From Cenococcum geophilum (taxonomy: Eukaryota), in assembly GCA_050273025.1 (NCBI GenBank), contig CP158635.1, positions 25,730,001 to 25,794,000 of the forward strand: a DNA stretch of 64,000 bases. The letters are read 5' to 3'. Both the position numbers and the translations under genes were made by a program. A model generated the notes under the pieces. That model made no database searches. It was not told where the DNA came from and worked only from the letters and a program-made list of their open reading frames with translations. Positions 13,501 through 24,700 of this stretch are shown in pieces. The first letter of the stretch is position 1. Every line of letters begins with the position of its first letter.

Positions 13501-16500
13501 ATATATCTTAGCGGCAAGCTAGTACTCTAAGTTATTAACTTCTTAACCTCCTTCTAAGCCGTACGTTTTTTAAAGGATATATTAGCTAGGAATATATAGG
13601 ATACCCTTTAATTATACTAGATTAATATTTACTTAGGACCCCCTAACTAAATTATCTATAATATAGGAAAGAACTTCTTATCTATAGAGTTTTAATAATA
13701 GATAAAGGTAATGGCAATTAAGGTTAAGGAAGTCCCTATTAAGGTATATAATAGTATTAAAAAAGTAGAGCAATATTACGCGCCATTATACCACGTATAT
13801 AAGATTATCTCTTTAAAACTAGAGAATGCTAGCGAAGAATTTACCTTATAAATAGCTATTAAAGCTGTTAATGATTCCGCTAGCCCGGATAGACTTATAC
13901 CCATATTACTAGTCTTTAGCGCCTACCCTTAAATAACTAATAATTCTTTACTATCTTCCTCTATTATATAATAAGCTGAGGCTATTTGCAAGGTAATAAA
14001 GGAGGTACGATATCTCTACGCTATACGCTAAGTTAATGACGTATTAGGAATGAGAAATGGCCTAAATACCTTAACTACGCTTAATCTACTACTCTAGTTT
14101 AAGGTACGCGTATAGCGTAAAAAGGGAGGATAGTTAGGCCCATATTAACTTATTATAATTAATAGTTAAACTTATACTATTTAGATGCCTTATAAACCCA
14201 CTTAATTCCGTTTAACTATTATTAAGCCTTACTATAAAGATAATAGTTTTAAGCCTTTATAGGATTCTATAGAAGATACCCTAGAGAAAAGCTATAATTA
14301 ATATACTCTAGAAGGCGACTATAATTCTAATATAATTATAGTAGATACGCCGTAATTATAACGCGGTAGAGGTTACCTGAAGGGATTACGAAATTGCTAA
14401 TATCTTATTAATTTTAAAGAGTAATTTATTGCCACCATTAAGAATAGAGTTAAGCTATTAATGGCCTTTATGACAGCTAAGGAGAAGGCTAACTTTAAAC
14501 TCGCAAAATAGCTCTAAAAGGAAGGTTGTATTATAACTTTAGGAGCTCCTTTCTAAGTATTTAATAAGTAGGAGATCAATGGTTTTATTTTAAGAGGAGT
14601 CTTTAAATTTAAGAAGTATGACCCTACTAAATTTAATGGAGTCTATATCTTTAAGTTAAGAATAGTTAATAAGATTAAGGGCAAAGCTACTAATACCCTA
14701 TTTAAGAAATTAAGGCTCGTTATTTAAGGCTATAACAATAATAGTAAGGAGGTAATTCTTACGCAATCTCTTATAATTTAACGAGCTAGTTAGCGAGTTA
14801 TTATTACGCTAGCTCCCTTCTTAATAAAGAATGGAATGGCAGTCTATTTGCGAGATATTACTTAGGCCTATACCCAATTAGAGACGCACCTTTAACGCTT
14901 AATATTGGCGCACCTTCTAGAGTAAATTCGCCACTAATATCTGGAAGATACGATTATAGTTGTGCTTAAGCCATTATATAGAATTGCAGAGGTAGAAACC
15001 TATTAGTGGGCTACCTATAGTAAGCACCATAAAGAGAAGCTTTTAATAACTATATCTATATTTAATCCCTGCTTCCTTATTATAACTATAGGAACTCTAT
15101 TTAGAATTATTGGTATATAGACTAATAATATAATTATTTTAGGAGACGACTAATTCTTAGCTCTTAAAGAAAATAAGCTAGTAAAAGCAAATCTTATGGC
15201 AAAGCTAAAAGAAAAGCTTAATTTAATAACACCATTACTCTTTAATAGATGCATCCTCTCCCTAAATAAGGATTTTATTGCTTTGCGCTAGAAGGGCTAA
15301 GGTAAGAAGATTAACGTTATTAATGTTAATTCTCCAAAGTAAGGATATATAGAGTAACGTGCTTGCGGAGCTTATGTTGCTTCTATCTATTAACCTAAGG
15401 CTTTATTTAATCTCTCTATTACTACTTAACACTAGAAACTAACTAAGGATAACATTCTTGCCCTAAATAAGCGTCTTTCCTAGCAAATAAACCATCTTGA
15501 TTGGGGACTACTCTATATACCTATTAATCTTCCTACCGCTAAGCTCTTTATATTTATTAATAGATCGTTTATAAATAATAAAGATTTTAGCTCCTAGTTA
15601 GGATATAAGATTATTATTATAAACGAATCTACTAGAGAGAATAACTTTATAATCTATAGTAACCTTATCTATTAGAGCTTAACTAAGAGCAAGCGTATTA
15701 CTTAAAGCGTTTTAGTGTTAGAGATATATAGAATGGTTAGCGGAGTTAATATAGTAATTGCAATTAAAACTACCCTAAAGATAATTATAGATCGACTTAA
15801 ACTTCCTATTATCCCTATAATTATATGCACCGACTTATATTCCCTTTATAAGTGTTTAATTAAGCTTAGCACTATAAAGGAGAAGCGCCTTATAATTAAT
15901 ATTATGGTACTTTAGTAGTCCTATAAGTATTAAAAACTCTTTAAGATTTAATAGATTAATGGCTAAAATAACCTGGTAGATGCGATAATAAAGGCGAACC
16001 TAAATAAGGTACTAGAGACGTTTGTTAATATAAATACTCTATATATATAAGTTAAAGGTTAGGTTAAAAGGGAGTCTTTAGAAATTCCTTAATTACGTAA
16101 GGTCTTAAGATATCTAGGAACTTTAACCGGCGGTTAAAGTTATTTAATTGGTCAGATTCTCTTGCCAAGACTTTCTTTAAAGGGGGGGAGTATAACATTC
16201 TATAGACCCTAACTCAACCTAGCTAATTAGGATTTTCTATCCCCGGGATAGAAAATTGCTATTGGCTCGCTTATAGCTAGCGCCTTAGCGGCCCTAACGG
16301 CCCTAATATAATATCTACCCACGACTCCTTAGTAAGAAAGCACCGCGTGCTAAAGAGGCAAATTTTAGGATAGCGAGACTTATATTGCAATAGTAATAGT
16401 AAGTAAGGAGGATTTATATTTGTTACGATAGTTAAGCAGTATTTATATATAGATGGCAACTATAAAAGAAGAGTTACTAGTGTTGGGAATGAGGTAAGTT

Positions 16501-16689
16501 GCCGTTACGTACGGCAAACTGCCGTTACGTAATAGCAAGTTACTATTACGTGTTGCCGCGGCACTAGCGTAGCAAGGAGCCTTAAGTTCCTCGCCCTCCC
16601 TCATTCTAATAATATAAGCTTTATTAACCAACATCACTGTAACCCTACTCGAGTAGTCGTTATTGGTGAGTCACCCTGTGTGACTAACA
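10514..16689 (+). mobile_element. Full-length Ty1/copia element B1 (GalEa-like), RIP-degraded
   Basis: LTRs 10514-10702 and 16481-16689 (TG..CA); TSD CTTAT on both sides; protease (P)DT(G)A ~12907, RT G(M)(Q)T(D)(D) ~15112-15129, RNaseH N(P)(A)DA(M)(T)K ~15970-15993. Confidence 0.95.
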
Positions 16690-17274
16690 CTTATAGTTTT
16701 TCTTACCATTTTCTTATTCCCTAGTAGTTGTAATATCTTAGTATTTTTACTAGGAAACTATAAACTCCTAATTTAGGGGTTTATAAACTACTAGGACATA
16801 GCTACTAGTATATATTAAGCTGCCTAGAAAGGATTTATGTATATAGAACTATAGCGCTATAGCCCAGAGGCTGCATGCGCAGTATTGTACGTAGTATAAT
16901 ACAACGGATATAAAAAAAAATAAAAAAATAAATAAAGTATTTAGCAGTATATTGCGGCTAAATACGCATTTCGCGCATTGTAACGTGTAGCGTATAGTAT
17001 CGACTTAGGTGTAGTATACTGCCGCATTTAATAGAAACCAATAACATGGTGCAGCTAATTACGCATTTATAGCTACTTATACTTAATACGCAATTAATAT
17101 ATAATACCCTCCTCACGTATTCTATATATCTTGCTCACTTTAAGTAATAAGTAAGTATTACTCTTCCCATATACTTAATAGTATTTACTTAGTTTACGTA
17201 GTTAGTGCAAAATAGATTATATTATTTTAGGTAATTTGGTATATAATATAGCGACAGTTCTTTTCTACCTATTT

Positions 17275-17525
17275 ATTTACCTACCTACCTACCTATCTAT
17301 CTGCCTACCTGCCTACCTACCTGCCTATCTACCTATCTACCTATCTACCTATCTACCTACCTACTTACCTAATTACCTATCTACCTGCCTACTTACCTAC
17401 CTATCTACCTATCTACCTGCCTACCTACCTGCCTACCCGTTCGCCTATCTACCCGCCCGTCTATCTATCTATCTATCTATCTATTTGTTTGTCTGTCTAT
17501 ACCTACTTATTTATGCCTACCTATT
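17275..17525. repeat. Degenerate (CTAC/CTAT/CTGC)n microsatellite
   Basis: Directly visible tetranucleotide periodicity. Confidence 0.9.
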
Positions 17526-17603
17526 TATACTTACCCGTCTATATTACCTTAATTTAATTAATCGGTTAAATCGTTTATAGTGTTCGCTAGCTAGTCGTTT
17601 AAA

Positions 17604-17870
17604 TGGTTATCTAGCTCTAGCGGTTATATAGCTCTAGTAATAGTCGTTTAGCTCTAGCGACGGTTATATAGCTCCGGCGACGGCCGTCTAGCTTTAATAA
17701 CAGTTGTCTAGCTCTAGCGACGGTTATCTAGCTCTAGCGACGGTTGTCTAGCTCTAACGATAGTCGTCTAGCTCTAATGACGGTTGTGTAGCTCTGGTGA
17801 CGGTTATTTAGCTTTAGCGATAGTCGTCTGGCTCCAGCAACGGTTGTCTAGCTTTGGCAATAGTTGTCTA
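17604..17870. repeat. 20-bp minisatellite (cggttgtctagctctagcga) x ~13
   Basis: Exact 20-bp register across 17621-17870. Confidence 0.92.
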
Positions 17871-18024
17871 CTAGCTGTTATTTTAGTGTCCCCCTAGGTA
17901 GGGAGGATATAAGGAAGGAAGGGTGAAAAATAAGGTGGCTACCTAGGTGTATATAGGGGGTATACTTAGCAGAGGTATATGTAGAGGCTATTAGAAATAT
18001 AGTAGGGACCTAATGCGGAGCATT

Positions 18025-18271
18025 ATATAGAGCCTCTATAAGTAAAGCTTTGCGTAAAGCCTTATACAGAGCCTCTGTACGTAGAGCTTTATATAGAGCC
18101 TTATATAGAGCCTTATACAGAGCTTTATATAAGAACTTTATATAGAGCTTCGTGTAGAGCTTTGTGTAGAGCTTTATATAAAGCTTTATATAGAGTTTCG
18201 TGTAGAACTTCGTATAGAACTTTATATAGAGCTTTATATAGAGCTTTATATAAAGCTTCGTGCAGAGCTTT
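18025..18271. repeat. 12-bp minisatellite (tatatagagctt / cgtgcagagctt)
   Basis: Roughly 18-20 tandem units in varying RIP states. Confidence 0.9.
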
Positions 18272-18807
18272 AAGGGGTAGTAATTTTAATATTTATTAAT
18301 AAAGTATTTAAAATTATTAAAAGTATAAAATTATACTTTATATATGCTTAGTAATATTAATAAAATTTAAAATTTAATATATGCTTAGTAATCTTATAGT
18401 TAGCACTTAGTAACTTATCTTGGTCCTAGACAATTAACTAATTATAAGCTGCTTATATAACAGATTAATTATCTTATATTATTGTCGTTTAGTACATAGT
18501 TTAGAAATTTGTTAATCCCTCGCGCCAATTTATATATAATTCTTATATAAACTTACGCGCTAAACTAAATTTTTAGCTATTAATTAATAACAAACCAACG
18601 CCTTTATAAATAATTGGCTAATGTTATGTTCTAGAGCTTTATAGGGCGATTCTAATGCTACCAAAATTATTGCGAACGGCCTAGTAGTTATTGCTATATT
18701 TCGCCTAAAATATTATTACTAAAATAGTAAACATTTAGCTAGAGCCACTATATCGGGAAAATATTAGCAGGATGAGATTTAAGTAGACTTTGTGTAGCGC
18801 GTTTCGC

Positions 18808-19210
18808 GTAATTGACATGCAATTTGACTAACTTGACATATAATTGACTAACTTGATACGCAATTGACTAATTTGATACGTAATTGACCAACTTAACACG
18901 CAATTGATTAACTTGACACGCAATTTAACCAACTTAATACGCAATTGACTAACTTAACACGTAATTTAACTAACTTAATACGCAATTGACCAACTTAATA
19001 TATTTAAAAGTTAAATAATACGCAGTTGACCTACTTAATATATTTAAAAGTTAAATAATACGCAGTTGACCTACTTAATATATTTAAAAGTTAAATAATA
19101 CGTAGTTAACCTACTTAATAACTTTAAAAGCTAACTATATATTCCTTAATACGCAGTTAACCTATTTAACGACTTTAAAAGCTAACTGTATATTCCTTAA
19201 TATGCAATTA
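18808..19210. repeat. Compound minisatellite: 20-bp x ~9-10, then 40-bp x3, then ~50-bp x2
   Basis: Unit acgcaattgaccaacttgac; 19001-19120 is three copies of tatttaaaagttaaataatacgcagttgacctacttaata. Confidence 0.88.
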
Positions 19211-20143
19211 AGGTAAAGTTATATGCTAATTACGCAATCTTATATAATCTTATATAGTTTTATTACTTAGAGGCTCTATATAAGGCTTTACGCGAAGCTC
19301 TATATATAGAGGCTCTATATAAAGCTCTATATTAGGTCCCCGCTATATTCCTAATAGCCTCTACACGTATCTCTGCCTATATAACCGCCTTATTACAGTG
19401 CTGCAATAAAGTAGACTAAATAACTACGTTATAGTATAAAGAGGGGAAGAAGGTGGAAAGGGGGTATTGTATATAAATAGTAGGGCCGGCCGCTAAGTCG
19501 CTAGTGGTGGGCTAGCTAATAGTAGGAAATAGTACGAGATAGTATAAAATAGTATGCGTTAGGTTAGTGCCGTAACAGTACTCCTCTCCCCTAGATAGTT
19601 TAGTCCCTAAACTAAATAGATAACTTAAAAATAGGCAGTATACGGGGTTGCCTATTTTTTACTATAAAGATATTAGTTCCGCTTACCGCCCTTAACTAAG
19701 CTAATAGCGATTTTCTATACCGGGTATAGAAAATCCTAATTAGTTAGTTTAGTAAGTAAGGTCGGCAGAACTCTATACCGCCACCTAAATTAATCCGTGT
19801 GGCGTTTCTTGGCGAGAATTTAGCTAATTAGATAACTTTAACCGCTAGTCGAAGTTCTATAACATCTTAACTACCACGAATTTTAATATGGTGGTCGGCC
19901 GCGACCTTAGCGTGACTTTTCCTTATCTCGTGCCTAGTCTGGGGGTCCTGGCTTCTTAGGGTGTTGCTTATAAAAGCGCTATACAGCTTATTTACAACCC
20001 TTTAGGTCTTCCTTTAGCTGCTAGGTTGTATCCTTATAATATTTCTATTTAATCTTATAAGTTAGGCCCTGGGGGTCTTCGTCGTATATATTAAAGATTT
20101 TCTTAAACTCCTATTTGTCTTCTATATTGCCGTTATTATCTCT

Positions 20144-20950
20144 AGGGTTACAGCTCGGCGTGGTCCGAAAAAAACTCGGCGTGGTCCAAAAGTTCAACGT
20201 GGTCCGAACTTCAAATTCAACTCTGGACCACGCTCAGCTTCGGACCACGCTCAGCCTACGCATATGCAATGCATATGCATTTAAATAAAATAGAAAATGC
20301 ACAGTTGTTAATCTTAAAATGCAAATACCCTAGCGTATATATAGGGCATATACAAATACCCTTTTAATATAAAATTTAAAGCATTTAAAAAAGATTGTAA
20401 GCTATATGCGTGCTATATGCTAGGCATATGCCTAGCATATACGATCTATTAACTTATACTACCCTCTAAAGTATCGCCTTTATATTTTATATAAGATAGG
20501 CTACGCTATAGTATCTACCTAAGTATATACTACGCATATGCTTAGCATATGCACTACTAATATTATATATACTTACTATTCCAAAAGGTAGGCTATAGTA
20601 TAGTATTCGCATATACTAAGTATATACAAAACTATTATATACCTACCGCCGCGATATATTCTTATTAGTGTATATGCTTAGCATATGCTAAGCATACGCA
20701 TCCCCTAACAAGCCGTTTAATATAGCTGTCTTATAGTTATATGTGTGTGTATACTTAGCATATGCATCGCATATTCAATACATATGGTCGCTAAAGGCAA
20801 ATTGTGGCTACTGATGCGCGTTCTGTATGGGTGGAAGTTAAGCACCGCCGACCTTTTTCCGGCGTTCCATCGGTGACCACGCTCAGCTTTCCCCGACCCC
20901 CATCGGCGACCACGTTCAACTTTTTCCGGACCACGCTCAGCTGCAACCCC
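20144..20950. mobile_element. Non-autonomous Mutator-like (MULE) element, 807 bp
   Basis: TIRs (g)gggtt(g)cagct.ggcgtggtccg / cggaccacgctcagctgcaacccc; exact 9-bp TSD ATTATCTCT (20135-20143, 20951-20959); no transposase. Confidence 0.88.
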
Positions 20951-21721
20951 ATTATCTCTTTCTACTACTTATCCTTATATATTACGGCGCTCTATAGTAT
21001 TAATATTTACTTAGCTAGGGATCTCTTTAGCAGCTTAGAGGCGGACTTTAGATATATAAAAGGATTTATTTACTTAGATATGGTCTAGAAGGTTTATTAT
21101 AACTACCCCTTAGTATACTGCGAGTACGGGGTATGAGCCGTCCTATTTATTGTCCCATTTCTTCTTAAGTCTATTTGTCTTTATATTTTCTAAGCTAACT
21201 ATAACTATATCGCCTTTATAAAATAACGCGCTTTTATCCCTACGGGTATTAGTATTATCTTTATAGCGTTGCTATAAAATCTAGGCTAGGGCCTTAAGCT
21301 GTATTAATATCCGCTTAAAGCAGTTGGCTATAGAGTCTGCGTAGAAGAACTCCTTCTTTACTTATACTGATAGTGTTAGTAAGCGGGGGCTAGCAGGCTC
21401 AATTTCAAGGCGAGGGTTAAAGCTATAGTTTGCAAAAAACGGGGAGATGCCTATACTCTTATTAACTTAGTTATTTATAGCAAACTTAGTAAGCGGTAGG
21501 TAGTTAACCTAGTTATTTTATATAAAGCTAATAAAAGCATAAAGGTATTTATTTACGGCAGTGTTAATAATTTTAGTTTAGCCGTCTACTTTTAGGTGCT
21601 AGGCTAAGCTTAGTTATAAGGTTGTCTTAAGGCGTTTACTTAATTGTCGCCAGAAGTTGCTAATAAATTATGTGCCGCAATTGGAGATAATTATATTTGG
21701 TGTACCGTGGAGCTTATATAC

Positions 21722-24700
21722 TGTTAGGAATAAAGGCAAGGGGTTACCATATAAGGTATATTGCCGTCACGTATAGCAAGTTGCCGTTACGTACGGCAAG
21801 TTGCCGTTACGTATCGCCGCGGCACTAGCGTAGTGAGGAGCCCTAAGCTCCTCGCCCTCCCTTATTAAGATTAAAAAAGAATAACAATTATTATACTATT
21901 TACAAACCGTAGCTACGTGATATTACCTTATAAGACTAACACTAATTAGTGGTTAACTTTACTGTTATACTATAGAGCAACCAGGTATTCCACTAAGAAG
22001 AGATAAGCCACTGTACTAGTGCTACTCGTGCTAAAGGGAGCTCTTTTAAGGTTAGAACTGGTTCTAAACCTTAAATAGAACTCTCCCACAAATCTAAGGA
22101 TTTAAAGGCTAGAACTAGTCCTAAGCCTTTCTAAGATTATGGATTCTTGCGTCTATTACGCAGAATAACACACTTTATAAGTCTTCGCGATTTAAGGCTA
22201 GAACTAGTCTTAAGCCCTATAATTATAAATATATGTTATAAACGCGTACCAAATAACAAATATGTACTAAACGATAATTATATATTACGAATGCGTACTA
22301 AACAATAATCCCTATACCAATAACACTTCCCTCCCTCCAAAAACATGGCTACGCCTACTTTAAACGACTGGGAAGACTCCTTACTACTAGGAGTAGCTTT
22401 ATACGTAAAACTCATTAATAAAAATTAGGACGAATTTACCTTTAATATAATAACTTGTACTATAAAATAAGTTAATAGCTTTCTTCTATACTGTATTATG
22501 TTCTACTAAAGTAAACACTACGCTAATATATAGCTGTGGGAATATTTTAGGGAGGATTTTATAGGATAGACCGCTAACACCTAGGCACTTAGTAATGTTA
22601 ATATTATTTAGGATTTTTAAGACTTCCTCTATAGGAATGGGGTATATATTACTAAGAACAGTAACCTAATTACTAGTAATATTTAGGCCGTTATTACTAG
22701 TATAGAAGAGCTAGTATAGATAGAAGCTAAGATTATACGTTAACTATAGAAACCTAGAACCAACCTATATTCTTTAAAAGGCAACTTTAATTTAAAACGA
22801 AACCCCTAGAACGCTACTCTTCCACCTAAAGGTGCTCTCCTACCTAGAGGTACTTATCCTCTACCTCCGCCGCCTTTAACTCCTCTACTCTAGCTAACTA
22901 ATAACCCTCTACTATAAGAAGTTACAAATTTAATAAAGATATATTTAGACGAAGAGAAAAAGTTTAGAGGAGAATTATATAATATACTTAGAGTAAAACT
23001 ATAGGTCTTCTATAACTGTTGTAATAAGGTTAAAATTTAATGCCACTAGTACCACTATACTTTCTCCATTATATTAAAAGGACGGGTAGTAATATTCTAT
23101 TACAACTATATTACGGGTAAAAACTATAGCTTTAATATAATGCTTCAGCTTACTAGAGCCCACTTTAAGACTAATAAAAATTGCTAACTTTATATATCCG
23201 AATGGCGAGAGACTATATTTTAGAGAGTTATTGCTTCTAACCTAATAAAGACTTATTTAGAGTGCCTTTAACTACTCTTTAATAAACTCTAGAAAATTTA
23301 ACACGGACTTACTAAAACTTACTAAAATAAAAATAGCCTAAGGGACTAGGTTATCTTAGTATGCTATAGCGTTCCTAAGTATAACTTAGCGCTATATAAA
23401 CCTGCGGACACGTTTAAAGGAGTATATACTAAGCTATGCTTTGCTATAGGTACTGCGATATAAATATAAGAATCTTAACAGTTCTATACTAAAAACCCTA
23501 CCTAACTAAGTATTCCTAACTAATATAATTATAACTAGACTAATTAAATATATAGTAGCCGTGGTAGGGAATATGGAAGAGGGTATAATTAATATTAACT
23601 ATAAGGTAATTATAGAGGTCCTTATAGAGGTTCATTTCAAAGTAATTACTAAAAGAAGTGCTATATTTATAAAAAGCTAAATTACTAATTAACTAGACAC
23701 TCCCTTAATAAGTAAAAAGAGGCATATAATAAGTTCCGTTAAAGTATAAGAAATGTTAGAAATTATAAGGTTACTGCGGCCTACTTCTAAAGCTTTCTAG
23801 TTTAATACGAAGGCGTAAAAGATCTTAAGGGTAAGGTTAATAAGGTTAAATAGCTCCTTATAAATATAGAAATTAAAGACTACTCCCCTAACTAATACTT
23901 TACTAAGTATAGTAAGGTAGATAGTATATAAACCATTACTATTCTTAATAACCAATCTATACTCCATTCTATTACGAAGTTAGATATCTTTAATAAGCTA
24001 AAGGAGAGCTCCACATTCTCCTTTAATAATAGATACTTAGCAAATGTCTTCTATAGTATTATATTAGATACTAGAGCCATAGGAGTATTTATAGTAGGAG
24101 AACCTTAAATTCGAGCCCTTTAGCAGCTTAATAACTCTATTTAGATTAACTATTTAACGGTAGGCTAATATACAATTCGCTTTAGTAAGGGTACTATAAT
24201 CTCTTTTAGTATAATTAGGGTCCAAACCCCCTTAGGGTGCATTACTTTCCACGTTATTCCTATAAATACTCCATTTCTATTTTATATTAAAGATATAGAC
24301 AAATTAGGCGTTAAGCTTAATAACCTTAAGAATATACTCATGTAGGGAGATAGTTAGGTACCTATTATACGCAAGTAGGGTTACCCTTAGTTGCTCCTTT
24401 ATTAACTAGAAAAAAGTATTACTTAAAGCCACCTAACTAAGTTAGAGTTACGTTAACTATGCCGTCGTTTTAGCTACCTATTTATTTATTAATTACTTAG
24501 GGTTCTTTAGCGAGTAGGCTATAAAGTTAAGGTTAAGGTAATTAAGCATCTTATAAAGTACTACTATTACTACTAAATAAACTAGAAGTCCCCTAGCCGA
24601 TTTAAGTTTACCCTTAAGAATAACTATAACTTTAACTTCTATATTATTATTAATGTTATATATCTTAGTAGTAAGCTAGTACTCTAAGTTATTAACTTCT

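Larger units (their letters stand above)
8613..16936 (+). mobile_element. ORF1-only non-LTR retroposon (~2.1 kb once nested copia B1 is removed), polyA tail, 12-bp TSD
   Basis: TSD gcatttggcagc (8601-8612) / gtatttagcagt (16937-16948), differing only by C>T/G>A changes. A-rich tail ~16911-16936. No room for ORF2. Confidence 0.8.
17207..18076 (+). repeat. Left arm of a long inverted repeat built of mini/microsatellites
   Basis: Reverse-complement match to 19269-19390 joined to 45612-46119. Confidence 0.8.

Noticed and set aside
15715..15915. Short ORFs 15715, 35561 and 57895 as independent genes
   Set aside because: They are in-frame remnants of copia RNaseH, copia integrase and the dioxygenase pseudogene respectively.
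17236..17580. 114-aa YLPT-repeat ORF
   Set aside because: It is a translation of the CTAC/CTAT microsatellite, with no evidence of coding function.
17604..19210. CRISPR-like regular repeats
   Set aside because: Units are head-to-tail with no unique spacers, there are no cas genes, and the context is eukaryotic RIP-mutated DNA.
20804..21088. 94-aa ORF
   Set aside because: It crosses the MULE TIR/TSD junction into antisense gypsy sequence.
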